64,000 nt of DNA. It comes from Octopus sinensis. Taxonomy: Eukaryota. Positions 50,712 through 63,933 of this stretch are shown here, piece by piece. The position numbers were made by a program, and so were the translations under genes. The notes below the pieces were generated by a model. It was not told where the DNA came from, made no database searches, and worked only from the letters and a program-made list of their open reading frames with translations. The stretch covers positions 102,486,001-102,550,000 of the forward strand of contig NC_043003.1 of assembly GCF_006345805.1 (NCBI RefSeq), written 5' to 3'. How positions within the stretch are numbered: position 1 is the stretch's first letter; each line of letters starts with the position of its first letter.

Positions 50712-50739
50712 TCAATTTAATGAAAATAAGCACCATAAG
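50712..50739 (+). CDS. Candidate 28-nt exon QFNENKHHK
   Basis: ttaactttctaattgcatag| and AAG|gtatga; phase 2 to 0, fits 50275. Confidence 0.35.
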
Positions 50740-50842
50740 GTATGAATAAACAACAACAGAAGCCGGAACAGCAGTTTGATAAATGAGTCAATAGATTGTA
50801 GTACTAAATTTAATTGCTTTTGCTATTAGGTTCAGACTCTAG

Positions 50843-50955
50843 CTCGAATTATGGGCTGCATATAATGGATGGTATACAACAGACTGATACCATGCTGTAC
50901 CCATTACAGATATAGCTGCCCTCACTAACTTCTGCATATTTAGCATCTGTAAAAG
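50843..50955 (+). CDS. Candidate exon LELWAAYNGWYTTD*YHAVPITDIAALTNFCIFSICK(R), with in-frame TGA
   Basis: Acceptor ...gactctag| and donor AAAG|gttagc; phase 0 to 2 fits both neighbours, but TGA occupies 50885-50887. Confidence 0.2.
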
Positions 50956-51057
50956 GTTAGCATCTTTTCAAAACTGATACATTTTTCTCTCTGGCCCTGA
51001 AGAAAGAGCATCTCTTTTGGAAATACCTGATAGAGGAGATAGTTTTTCTTATCTTAG

Positions 51058-51097
51058 AATTAATATCCAACAGTGTTTGCCTTCAATTCTTCATGAT
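51058..51097 (+). CDS. Candidate 40-nt exon INIQQCLPSILHD
   Basis: gtttttcttatcttag| and GAT|gtaaat; phase 2 to 0. Confidence 0.3.
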
Positions 51098-51428
51098 GTA
51101 AATACAAGCATATTTTCTTTTGTAAACTCTCAAATTTGGAAATTCTGGTGTAATGTTTGGCAGAACTAAACTGATCTTTCCATTTATTTCTAGCCACATA
51201 TTTCATTAAGATGTTTTCTATGGTTGCTTTAGAAATTAAATTTTAAAGGTTTAATTATTTAAGATAGTTTCAAACAGCAGCAAAACTGAATTCTAAGATT
51301 AGAATGTTATTTGGTATAGTATCTCATCTCTTTTTTTTAGCTGTCATGATAAATTCTCATTTTCCTCTCTTCATACAATTAAGTTAGTAAATATACACAC
51401 ATGTTAACACATAGACAAACACATACAG

Positions 51429-51509
51429 AAGAGTGGAGGCAATCATAGCCCTTGCATTTCTACAGATGATTTTCAAATCTTACAAGAACTATTAAATGTC
51501 AGTGTGCAG
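51429..51509 (+). CDS. Candidate exon KSGGNHSPCISTDDFQILQELLNVSVQ
   Basis: Donor CAG|gtattt; the acceptor at 51428 is weak, and a stronger acceptor at 51465 gives a 44-nt phase 1 exon. Confidence 0.33.
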
Positions 51510-51920
51510 GTATTTATTTTTCATTATTTTTTTTAACTTTTAAAACTTTATTATTGGTATATTTTTAAGTAGAACATAAGTGTTAGATAAATTTTTTCCA
51601 TTGTATCTTCTTGACTTTAGCATAAATGTTTGTTTAATTTTCATTTTCAATAAATGTATTTTTTTTTTTTCAAAATTCAAGGAAGAACAAGTAATATGAG
51701 ATTTAAAATTCAAATTATATTAGCCAATTATTATTATTTTTTATGGAAACGTCCATTATTGTTTTCATTCAAGTATCTGATTTCAAAGTTAATGGGAAAA
51801 TGATGTCTTTCTTGAGAGTAAAAAGCAACTAGATAAAATCATCAATAATTCACTCCAGAAGAAATGAATTATAGATAATAATGAGAAATTTTTTCCCAAT
51901 GTCATGGATAATTCTTACAG

Positions 51921-51972
51921 CAATTGGCATCAAGTATACAATTTCTACAAGATGAAGAAAACTGGTATATAG
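51921..51972 (+). CDS. Candidate exon QLASSIQFLQDEENWYI(D)
   Basis: ataattcttacag| and AG|gtagaa; phase 0 to 1. Confidence 0.33.
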
Positions 51973-52280
51973 GTAGAATATTTCTACACATAATACAAAT
52001 GCAAAAAATTCTGACACTATATTTTATGTCATGAAAAGAAATTGTCATATCACAAGCAGGAAACAATTTCTATTTTATGTAATGTACTGGTATATACTTT
52101 ATGCAGTATGTTATGTACAGGTTGGTATTATAGAGACGTGTTATAAGACTAAAGAATTTCTACAACGCATGGAGTATTTGTTGACATTCATAAAAGAAAA
52201 GGACTGTTCTTAGATATCTTTAAAAATAATCTTGTCATGGTTTAGAATATGTATGTATGTCATTATTCAGTTATTTCAAG

Positions 52281-52347
52281 ATTTCTTGCCAATAGAGAAA
52301 GAACTGATCCAAAGCTCCTTCATTGGAATTCCAGCATCAACAACAGG
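52281..52347 (+). CDS. Candidate exon (D)FLPIEKELIQSSFIGIPASTT(G)
   Basis: ttcagttatttcaag| and GG|gtattt; phase 1 start fits 51972. Confidence 0.33.
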
Positions 52348-53034
52348 GTATTTTGTTTGTTTGTATGTATGTATGTATGTATGTATGTTTCCTTAAATAC
52401 TGAAACAAACACGAAAAAATATAAACTTAGCTACCATTAACCTCAAATGGATGTTGGTATAATAATGATAAGTACAAATAATTTAGATCTCACCAAATTC
52501 TCACCGGATGTAATAGTTTGTACTTACCTAAAAAATAAGAATAAAAGAAAAATTATTAGTGAAATTCATAACAAAAATAAACAATATTGAAGAGAAGCTG
52601 ACATTATTATATGTATTTTTTTAAGGAAATATATGTTCTAGAAAGTTTTATTCATATTATTTTCAATGAAAAAGGAAATGGAAAACCTGAAAGTGATAAA
52701 TGACACTGAGTATAATTATAATTACTGCACGAAATGTTAAATAATTTTGATCACTTTAACCCCTTTGTTACCAAATTTCTGCTAGTCTTTGCTTTAATTG
52801 ATTTTGAAAATAAGGAAAAGTTTAGTGAAAAAACTTTGTTATTATTTGGTTGTTCCAAAAATAATGGCCTCTCTAAGTGTTGTGTTTTGAAACGCAATTT
52901 TATAATAGTATTTTAATTATATTTTAGGTGAATTTCAACATACTTAATAATTGATTTATGCTCTTTAATAATTCTATACTTATTTCAGACAGAAAACATT
53001 CCTGAAGCATAGGCACCCTTAATTATGAACATGA

Positions 53035-53850
53035 CAAAAAAGTTCCAAACTGCTGCCAATATCAACAGATCATGGGAATAGGGGTCCACAAGTGATCACA
53101 CAGTACAAAAGTGGTTTCAGAAATTCCATAGTGGTGCTGAGAACCTTGAAGATGAAGAAGGTAGAGGATGGTCATGCAGTCTTGACAATGAACAATTGAA
53201 AGCAATTGTTGAACAAAACCCACATCAAAGTGTCAGAGAAATGTCTCAGGCACTTGGTGTCAGTATTGCAACGGTCTCACGCAATCTGCAGAAGATTAGT
53301 GAGGTGAAAAAGTTTGATAAATGGGTACTGCATGAGCTCAAGGAAAATCAAAAAGTTCAGTGTTTTGAAGTGTGCTTGATGCTCTTTTTGCAAAACACCA
53401 ATGATCCTTTTCTTGACCAAATAGTCTCTTGTGATGAAAAGTGGATCTTTTATGATAACCGTAAATGATCAGCTCAGTGGCTTGATCATGAGTTCCCCAA
53501 ACATTTCCCCAAGCCAAAGTTGCATCAGCAAAAGATTATGGTGACTGTCTGGTGGTCTGCAATCGGAGTTGCCCGTTACAACTTTCTGGAAGCCACTTGC
53601 AAAAAATGAGACCTGCATTGTTGAACTGGTGTGGCCCAATTCTGCTCCACGATAATGCAAAGCCACATGTTGCAAGAATGATGCTGCAGAAACTCACAGA
53701 CTTGGGATATGAGACTTTACCACATCCTCCATATTCCCCTGATCTTTCACCCACTGACTACCATTTTTTAAAGCATTTAAACATGTTTTTAAGTGATAAA
53801 ACTTTCAGGTCCAAATCGAAGGTGGAATCAGCTAGAAGGATTTGAATTCC
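53035..53850 (+). pseudogene. Mariner (D,D34D-type) transposase remnant
   Basis: HTH region VQKWFQKFHSG, WVLHEL (WVPHEL motif), VSCDEKWIFYDN, LLHDNAKPH, HPPYSPDLSPTDY; stop at 53466-53468 and an internal deletion; ITRs not identified. Confidence 0.92.
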
Positions 53851-54426
53851 CAATGAAGAGAGCAGGAATGAATAACACAAATTATTTTTTAAGATGCTTT
53901 AAATGATTCTGTCAAATTGCTGCTTGTATAGTAAGAACAATGATGGTGATGATAATGATAATAATAATAATAATCATACAAGTTAAAAAATATTGATTTA
54001 CACAAGAGAGTAGCCATATTCTTGTGAATGCTATAAAACATGTTCAGTGACTGCAGGTATTACACGATTCAATGGATGAGGAACTGAGAAATTTTTGCTT
54101 TGAAAGAAAACATCATAGGTTTTTTTATGTAATATTAATATTCTTCCTTTTGTTTATAAATTTACAGGAAACTTTAGGTGTGTGTTTGTTTTTAAGGGAG
54201 TTTATCTTAACAGGAATAACTTTTGAAAGGGGTTGCATTTGTTGATAGGTTTTGTGAACATTGTTTGTATTATGTACACATGAATTACTAGCTCTATCTC
54301 AGTCATCGTAATAATCCTAGAGTCAAGGAACCAACAGAAATTTTGGCACAATGTCAAAATAGAAATCATTGCAGAATCTGGTTTGTGCAAGTGTATACTA
54401 CAACATCAACATCAGCAGCAGTAGCA

Positions 54427-54805
54427 GTGGAGGTGCAATGGCCCAATAGTTAGGGTAGCAGACTTGTGGTCGGAGGATCACGGTTTCAATTCCCAGACTG
54501 AGCGTTGTGTGTGTTTATTGAGCAAAAACACCTAAAGCTACACGAGGCTCCGGCAGGGGGTTTGGGGTGTGGCGACCCCTGTTGTATTCTTTCGCTCCAA
54601 CTTTCTCTCACTCTTTCTTCCTGTTTCTTGTCCCCGTCTTCCTACGCAACTGCTGAGCCTGGATGCGCATTCATCTAACCATCGATGCTCTCGGTGTCGG
54701 GGGTTGACCTGCTTTCTCTTCTGCGGGTCTTATGAATAGCAAAGGACCACGTTTCAGACTTCTCCCACTGCGAGCTCTGGGATGAAGACCATTCACTCAA
54801 CAGCA
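54427..54805 (+). mobile_element. tRNA-derived SINE, family D
   Basis: gtggaggtgcaatggcccaatagttaggg head, B-box-like ggtttcaattccc (about 54482-54494); homologous to 30421-30797. Confidence 0.85.
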
Positions 54806-56111
54806 ACAGCAACAGCTGCAGCAGCAATGTTAGATGTTGACATACGTTGGACACTTTAGCAGTATCTGATGGGTCCAAAGACTGCATCATGCTCCATTGT
54901 CATTTTTGGTATTGGTTCCTAAGGGTAGATGCTCCTGATACCAACCATGCACTTTATATCATATACTCAGTGCTTTTTCATTTCATCAGCACTAGTGAGG
55001 TAGCTTGCAAGACTACAAACCTTGAGAAGGGTGGCTTTATACCAGGAGATAAGGTATTCAGTATAGGGGGAAAGAGCCACAACAGAACAGGTTTCCTGAT
55101 GTAGAGGAGCTACGTGGCTACTCATATTTTAGAAAAGAGGGTGGGAGTGATTATGGTGGAACTGGAAAGAGATAGAAATAGAGATGATGAGGTGTGTAGC
55201 TGTATGTGTCCCCGACAAATTTTTAAATTTGTGTACTTCTGTAGAAAGAATCAATATACATGGAAATGTGTGTGTGTGTGTGTGTGTGTTTTCTATTTAA
55301 AAGTAGTTCCAGGGTTTTTCGCTGTAAGTTTTCAACTTTGCTAGAATTAATTTACACGAAATAATATGATACTTTAGATGACAATGTATAGGAGTCTGAT
55401 AGATGTTTGGTAACAGATGGCCAGAAAAATACTGTTTCCTGTGAGATAAGGTACCAACATTTCTGAGTATTTGCTTGCAATTTAGACCAATATGTGGTTT
55501 TTCATTTAAGATTCTTCTCAATGACGATTCCTACAAAATTTAAATAATCAACATATACTGTACATTTCCCAGAATTCAATTCTGTAGCTAGAATTTGACA
55601 GTAACAGCTAAACATATTCTTTTCAGTCACCATCAAATTCAAGCTGAATTTGGAATTGTGTTTCTGATAAAAGAAAATGTTTCTGAGATGTTGATCAAAA
55701 GTTTATTTTTGCATTTACCAACTTATATAATTAAAAGCTCATTGCTTATACTCTTTTTATTTTGCTCTACTTGGGCTTGAAGACATAGCAGAGACAATGA
55801 ATGAGTTATATGCAAATAAAATAACATCAGATGATTTTGAGGCTGTAGATATGTCATACATATAAATAATAGATTAAAAGGGAGATGTCAGAGTGGAGCC
55901 TTGGGGAATACTCAGTAGAGAGAAGCAGATGAGTTGACAGTTTCCTGTTGTGTTCAACAAGTTGGTATTGCTTAGTAAGGTAACTATGAAACATTTGGTG
56001 TATTTCATTTCTAATTCTATGATGTAATTTAGGGAGCTGTATTCTGGATTCCTGAATGTCAAAAGTCATTGAAAGTTCAAGAATATTCTAACTGGTATCT
56101 TTTCTTAAGAG

Positions 56112-56390
56112 TCATCATCATTTAACATCTGCTTTCCATGCTGGTACGGGTTAGACGGTTTGAGTGAGGACTGGTGAGCCAGAGGCTGCACCAGGCTCAA
56201 TCTGATCTGACAAAGTTTCTACAGCTGGATGCCCTTCCTAATGCTAACCACTCCGAGAGTGTTATGGATTGCTTTTTATGTGCCACTGGCACAAGGGCCA
56301 GTCAGGTGGTTCTGTCAACGACCACGCTCAAAAGGTGTTTTTATGTGCTACCTGCACGGGAGCCAGTCCAGCAGCACTGGCAACGGCCAT
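56112..56390 (-). mobile_element. Family C retroposon, partial
   Basis: (CAT)n then ttaacatctgctttccatgc...ctacagctggatgcccttcctaa. Confidence 0.8.
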
Positions 56391-57450
56391 GCATACATAC
56401 ATGCAGTAATATATTTATATATTTTTAATACGTACATTACATACATAATACATATAATATATGTATTAAATACATATAAACACTCACAATAAAAGCAGCC
56501 AATATGCAAGAAACATGCTTTAAATATTCTGGTTGGCTTGCACAAATGAGATTTCCTCTCATTGCCACAGGGCAATCTATACACTCAGCAGATGGAATGG
56601 CTCTGGATTCTTCGTTCAGGCATACTTTTGCAGTATTCTGTGCAGAGTTGGTGTTGAAATGATAATTATTCTTGAATGAAATCCTATTATCTAAAACTGT
56701 AATGTTGATGATGTATTTGTTGTGATGGAGACACAGGAATATGCAGATAGATAAAAATGAAGATTTTGAAAAATAATTCAGCATGAAATTAACAATTGAA
56801 AATAATTCTGGTACAAATGCAGAGAACACACTCCATCACCGTTTTTAGGTATAAATATAGGAGGAAGGAACACTCACTGAATATACTGACACACACACAC
56901 TTTTACAAATACTTATATACACTAGCACAGTTAGAGTGTATGCCACCCAGAGTGACCCTTCCATTTGCTGCCCCCAGACCCCACAGAAACCACATATTGC
57001 CTGCAGCAGACCCAAAAGTACTGCCCCTTTAAAAGTGCCACCCAGTGTGGACTGCTGTACCCCCCCCCCCCACAGCTATGCTACTACCTGTATATATGAG
57101 GGTAGTCAGTATCCTCATAGATATAAAATTTGTGTGAGGTAGAAATCGTCAGTGAAGGAGATTTCAAATTTTTATCAAAGAAAGAGACTTTAAAAATATG
57201 ATTCAAAGAGCTAAACGACCATAAGTCAATAGTGAATACTTGAAAATAATAGACAACTAAGGTATAGAATACAAAATGGAATTAACTCCCACAGATACAA
57301 AAGATGTAATAAACTACATATATTGCATGTATAATGCACATGAACCAAATGCATCCTAGTTATGAGAAAGCTGGATGGACATGTGTTCTGATAAAACTGA
57401 ACACAAGATTTATTAAACCACTATTAAATATATATTATAATACATTATAA

Positions 57451-57950
57451 TCATCATCATCATCATTGTTTAACGTCCGCTTTCCATTCTAGCATGGGTT
57501 GGACGATTTTGACTGAGGGCTGGCGAACCAGATGGCTGCACCAGGCTCCAATCTTGATCTGGCAGAATTTCTACAGATGGATGCCTTTCCTAATGCCAAC
57601 CACTCCAAGAGTGTAGTGGGTGCTTTTTATGTGCCACTGGCATGGGGGTCAGTCAGGCGGTACTGGCAATGACCTCGCCCAAATCTTTTTACACGTGCCA
57701 CCGGCACAGGTGCCAGTGAAGCGACGTTGGTGTCTTTTACATGCCACGGGTATGGAAGCCAGTTGGCTGCTCTGGAACAATCACGCTCAGATGGTGCTCT
57801 TGGCACCCTACTAACATAGGCACAAGTGCCAGTAAGGTGACGCTGGTAATGATCACGCTCGAATGATGCCCTTTTATGTGCTACTGGCATGGAAGCCGGT
57901 TAGCCGATCTGTCAATGATCACACTCGTATGGTGCTCTTTGCACCCCGCT
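57451..57950 (-). mobile_element. Family C retroposon, longest copy (about five internal modules)
   Basis: Reverse complement of the 17965-18371 family. Confidence 0.85.
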
Positions 57951-57995
57951 ATAATATAATATAATATAATATAATATAATATAATATAATATAAT
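57951..57995. repeat. (ATAAT)9 pentanucleotide repeat
   Basis: Direct reading. Confidence 0.95.
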
Positions 57996-59289
57996 AATTA
58001 CTAGAACACCAGAATTAAGAACATCCTCATCGACATAAAACCACAAACTTGTAAACCTCTGAACACACACTTAAGACAACCAATGTAATACACAGATTTT
58101 AAATATAAATGTTAAAACTGTAAATTTGAAGACTTAAAACTTTACATCAGTCAACAACTAGCATAGAGCCAATGTATTTTATACTGTAGCCTCACTCAGT
58201 TGAATGGGGTCTTAGTTTTGCAGATTGCATAGCAAACACTTGTACATTCAAGATAAACCTTGACACATCATCTCCACTATTTTATCTCACTTTCCAACTC
58301 CACCACAACTACTCCCACCCTATTTTCTAAATTGTGTGTAGCCATAGAGCTCTTCTGCAGTAAGAAACCTGTTCTGTTCTATCCTCTCTTCTCACACTTT
58401 AACCCATCAATTTCTAGCATAAAAATGCCACTCTTAAGGCTCATAGTCTTGCGAGTTACATATTAACCTTATAGGGTTGGTGTAATGAAAAGAGCACACT
58501 GCAAAGTTGTTGGCATTAAGAAAAACATCCAGGAATAGAAACCACACCTAAACAAATACTGGAGCATGATGTACTCCTTGTACCAATTGAATCCTGTCAA
58601 ACCATCCAACCCAGGCCAGTTCCAAAGATGGAATTTAAATGAAGATGTTAATGAGGATGAGTTCCTTAATCATTATATGCAGCTGGTAATCATTTCATTG
58701 ATTCCAAAAGGAAAGCAATGTAAAGTCAAACTTCTATGGCATGAGACTTATGAAAGATAAAGCAAAAACATTCTATGAAGAATTTAGTCTTAACTCTCAA
58801 CCATTTGTAGAGATTCCACTGACTTTATTGTTGCAGGTATTTTAATGTCATTGAATTGAATGGCCAAGGGGAAGCCATGAAGATCTGTTGGTAATAATCT
58901 TCTCTGAAAGCAGCAGAGCAAACAATCGTTCAATGATTGTGATGAGCCATGCAGAAATAAAGGACATTTAATGATTGGCATAATTTTCGCTTGTATATAA
59001 AATGCTAGATATACCTATGTGTGTGTATATATGGTTATATATATGCATATGTGTGTGTGTGTATGTGTGCGTGTATACACACACACACATCCAAACACAC
59101 GCACACATGCACATACATGCATATATACACTTATACATACACAAATATAATACAAACATATACATATGCATACATATGTACATTCATATATGCAAAATGA
59201 TATACACACCTACACACACACACACACGTATGCATACACACATATACACATGTTATGTTCAAAGTTGTATTAAGTGATGCGTATGTCAA

Positions 59290-60440
59290 GAAGGCAGAGA
59301 ATACAGAGAGCTGTGATGCTGCAGTAGAGAAGACAACTGGGAGTTTCTCCGAGATAAGCTGCTGCAATCCACATCCAAATTTCTAGATGGAGCAAGATTC
59401 TAACTTGGTGGAAGGTGAAATTGTCATGGAATGGTAAGATAGAACCATAAAAGCTAAGAGACAGGAGTGAACAGAGTTAAGGTAAAAGGAGAGCAAATGA
59501 CAGCCCCAGGTAATAAAAAGAGAAGCTAAATTTTAGGTATATTTAGCAAAGAGGGAATGAGATATGAAAAACTTTTTGAATGTTCTATGATGTAAAGATC
59601 AGAGGCCTGAGGTCATTATGAATCAGGATGACATTAGTGAAAAGTGTGTACAGAATAATAGTGGTACACTCAGCCTCATTGGTGTCTACTGAGGAGAATG
59701 CATAGAAGAAAGAGAAACTACTAGAATTGGATTTGATGAAGGCAGTAACTATTGGAACTGGTTGTTATATGGTCAAATGAGCTACAAAGTTATAAAGGTA
59801 GGAAAAACAGCCTATCAAAGATAGTTGCTGACTTGTTGAGAGTAACCTAGCAAAGTAGGTCATGTCATAGACACTAGCATATTCAGTCAGGTAGAAGATG
59901 GTGTTATCCCCAAATGACTGGCATATCTGATTCAAGGTCATAGATAAAGAAGATGCTTTAGAAAGAAATAACTACAAAGATATGAAATTGATGGACTGAG
60001 TTATGTAAGTTACAGAAATAATTACAACACAACTAATTAAGAAAATCAGCTTAAATGAGATGAAGTCTGGGTTCCTTTTAGAGAACTACAAAAGAAACTA
60101 TCAACGAAGGGCAAACCGCAATTCCAGGAGGTTTTTGACTGAGTCCCACAATCATTCAAAATTGCTGGTTGTTAACACAACTAAGAGTACCTACAAGTAG
60201 TATGGCTATTTACAAGAAAGCTGACAGCAAATGAGAGCAACAAATGCGACCAGTAATTTAACATTAGAACTAGATGTTTATCTGGTTTCAGTTCTCAGCC
60301 CCTACTCTTATAGTCCTCTAAGATATACCAGAGATATTCAAGACTGGTTGTCATTAGGAACTATTAAATTCTTATGAGCGAGTTCTCAGTGTTAAAGGAT
60401 TAGAGTAAAAGTTCCAGACAAAGAAACAGAGCTGAAGATT
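59290..60440 (+). pseudogene. Heavily decayed RTE-clade LINE fragment
   Basis: DNWEFLRDKLLQ; DALERNNYKDMKLMD.VM.VTE...ISLNEMKSGF, matching the 21.4-kb fragment. Confidence 0.7.
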
Positions 60441-61261
60441 TAAGAAATTTAAAGGAAAATTTACCAACAAAGAAAAAAGTTTTAGCAGGAAAGAATAGAA
60501 ACTTCTGCTAAGAAATGGCAATGCACAGTCACGAGAAAACATGTAGGTCAGAATTCCATAGCTGTACTTAATGTAAACTGAATGAACACACATGAATAGA
60601 AGTATATGAATATGTTTATGTATACATACGTCATACACTATGCACTGCTCAAATCTCATATCCTTTTACAAGAACACTAACATAATCACACACTTCTCAA
60701 AGGTAATTATTTTCAATCTATCAAAACCTGTTCATTTCCAAATATTTTTTGAATATTCACTGACTCTTCTAAAATGCAAGTAATTATGTAGTTCCTCAAC
60801 AGTAAAAAATATTTTTGCTCTGACTCCCTTCTCTCATTTCCTAAAAAACCCCATCTCTCTCAGGGTTTGTAGTCTTTCAAACTGCAAGGCACCCTTTGGT
60901 GACACTAGTGCTTGTGCCACTAAAAGAAAAAAAAAATCTCCAGTTCATGCTGTAAAATGATTGGTGTTAGGAAAGGCCTCTAGCTGAGGAAACCATACCA
61001 AAGCAGACAATGGAGCACTATGAAGTCCTTGGATCCATTGGATTCTGTCAAACTAACCTATGTCAGCATGAAACATAGATATTCAATGATGGTGATGCCA
61101 ATGATGATGATCACCAAGTTCTACATGTATTCACTACAGTATGATGTGCCAAACTTGAAAAACAATAAGTTCTGCTTAGAAAAACCAAGTTACAATTATA
61201 TTTATACCAGACTATCCCTCACATTCAAGTCATTTTTCACAAACATTTCCTCACTCTTCAT

Positions 61262-61321
61262 AATGTATGTATGTATGTATGTATGTATGTATGTATGTAT
61301 GTATGTATGTATGTATATGTA

Positions 61322-61380
<59 letters not shown>

Positions 61381-61500
61381 CATATATATATATATACATA
61401 TATATACACATATATATATATAATACATATATATATATATAGAGAGAGATAGATATATAGATAGAAATACATATATATATATGTATATGCATGTATATGA
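61262..61500. repeat. (ATGT)n/(TA)n compound microsatellite
   Basis: Direct reading. Confidence 0.95.
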
Positions 61501-62314
61501 ATATGTTTATACCTTATCACAACTGCCCAATTGCCCAATGAAGGGGAACATGAAACTCTGAGTAGTAGTTTTTTGTAATATTTTTGTGATGTTTTTGCAT
61601 CTTTAATAATAAAGCATATTACTCTACCTCCGGTATTCAAGTACTATTTTTACCACCTTGTTTCACATTTATGTGCTTACTCAGGTATGTATGTATATAT
61701 GTATATGAACGTGTATATATATGTATGTAAATATGATCTGGGGACCCAAGTGTAGGAGGTTTGTAAGCTTCAAGCAACAAGTAGCTAGTACAAAGAACAA
61801 AATGTGGACAGTTTGTGATAAGATAAAATAACACTTTACTAGTATCATAAGTTACACAATTTTTTCCATATTGAAGTTACAAAGGATTTCAATCAGCTGC
61901 AAGTTTCTATACAGCTCACTTTTAGCAACTAATGATGTGAAAAATGTGAATAAAATCCAAAATTTAAAGGAGTGAAACAGGTAAAATGTAAGCTACATAT
62001 GTTTTGTAACTAGCTAAAGTTTGATGATGGCTTAGCAGGTTGAAACTTCAAAGTCACTATCAACAACATTCTTGTATAAGAATGATAAATTTGTACTCTA
62101 GAAAAGTGTAGAGTAAGCCATCAGATTAATGTAAAATTGTTTTCATTATAACTGAACATGAAATATTAATAATATTAACATTAATAATAATTAATATATA
62201 TTCTGTAAATAGCAATAATTATAAACTTTAAGCTTATAAGCATTCACTGTGTATTGGCTAAAGAAATACACACACACACAGACACACAGACACAAACACA
62301 TGTATGTATATTCT

Positions 62315-62525
62315 TTTCTCCTCTAGGCACAAGGCCTGAAATTTTTGGCGGAGGGGGCCAGTCGATTACATCAACCCCAGTATGCAACTGGTACTTAATT
62401 TATCGATCCTGAAAGATGAAAGGCAAAGTCGACCTCAGTGGAATTTGAACTCAGAACATGATGACAGACAAAATACTGCTAAGAATTTCGCACTGTGTGC
62501 TAATGTTTCTGCCAGCTCACCACCT
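62315..62525 (-). mobile_element. SINE family A variant
   Basis: ggcaaagtcgacctcagtggaatttgaactcagaac...ctgccagctcaccacct; CpG sites decayed. Confidence 0.8.
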
Positions 62526-63724
62526 TCACATGTATGTATATTGGAGTGAAGCAAGCATCATCCTAGTAGGTGCTGCACAATAATGTCAGATGCATTTCTT
62601 CTTTGGCCTTGTCAATAACATATACCTGGTTGTCACGTGCCTAGATACAAAGTTTGTCCCCTCAGTTTTACGGAGAACAGTGAATAATACATTTGATGAT
62701 ATTGCGGAAAGCTTGCCAAGTTCAAGACAGCTCAGTATACACAATTGTAACATTAATTAAAATAACCATTTGTGTATGATACTTAAGGTATATGTGTGTG
62801 TGTACATTATACATATATCTGACTGTCTGTCTAATGTGCAGTATATATGTGTGTGTGTGCGCGTGTGTGAATGAGTGTGCATTATTCATATACACATAAA
62901 AGCTGTCATCATCATTATCATAGTTTTTGTTTTCCTTTTTAACACCTAGTGTTTTCCCTGATAGCACAGGAGAGATCAGTTTACAATGCACACATACACA
63001 CATAAACGCGGATGTGCACACAGAGTTTGTAGGAGTTTTATCAATATAATTAACAGGATCTCATTAACCAATATCATTGTATTTTCCTCAGTACAAAGTC
63101 CTAAGTTTCTGGCTCCATAAGCAGTGGTAGGTTGAATTTTTTCTCTCTACGTAATTATTGACTCTACGTATGTAAACAAGTGAACATATGTGTGAATGTC
63201 TGTGTGTGTGCATGCATGGAAGTATACGTTTGTAATCTGTATTTGTGTATGCCAGTGTGTGTGTGTGTGTGTGTAGGCAATGCAGCTGTGTGTGTGTGCA
63301 ATGGAGATGACTATTGCAAAGTTGGTAAGCAGAAAGTAGTGCAGTTACCACGGTAACTTGATGCACAACAAATGTTGTTAATTACACCCATTATCCAAGG
63401 CAGCTTAAATTTAACCTTAATGTAATTCCAAATAGTGCTGCAGACACCCCATTCTACAAACTGTTACTAATGCTGCACCAGTCAACTAGTACTGCAGTGA
63501 AAGTAGACTGCGATTAACAGCATGGCTGCTGGTGTTTGTACCAACACAGATCTTATCAAAATGTAAGAGGGTAAGAAGCAAATCTGATTTAAAACAAACA
63601 AAAATAGGTTTTACTAACAATACACAAACTACATGTATTTAGTTACTAAAGGCTATAACTGAATTGGTACTAGCTCTGCCACTATAGTGTGTGTGTATAT
63701 ATATATATACATGCACACATATAT

Positions 63725-63880
63725 AGGTACAGGCATAACTGTGTGGTTAAGAAGTTCGCTATTAGCCACATGGTTTCAGGTTCAATCACACTGTGTGGCA
63801 CCTAGAGCAAGTGTTTCTTTTTAGTATAGTCTTTGACCAAATTCTTGTAAGTTTGGCAAATGGAAACTAAAGAGTTCCTG
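63725..63880 (+). mobile_element. SINE family B 5' fragment
   Basis: aggtacaggcataactgtgtggttaagaag...ggttcaatcacactg...gcaagtgt. Confidence 0.7.
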
Positions 63881-63898
63881 TTATATATATATATATAT

Positions 63899-63933
<35 letters not shown>

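Noticed and set aside
52031-52213. ORF ending VGIIETCYKTKEFLQRMEYLLTFIKEKDCS* with an acceptor at about 52100
   Set aside because: It needs a phase 0 entry, which does not fit 51972; it might be an alternative last exon but has no further support.
54000-55780. Further possible + strand exons (near 54170, 54325-54382, 55391-55450, 55625)
   Set aside because: Each has several open frames or weak sites and could not be chained reliably.
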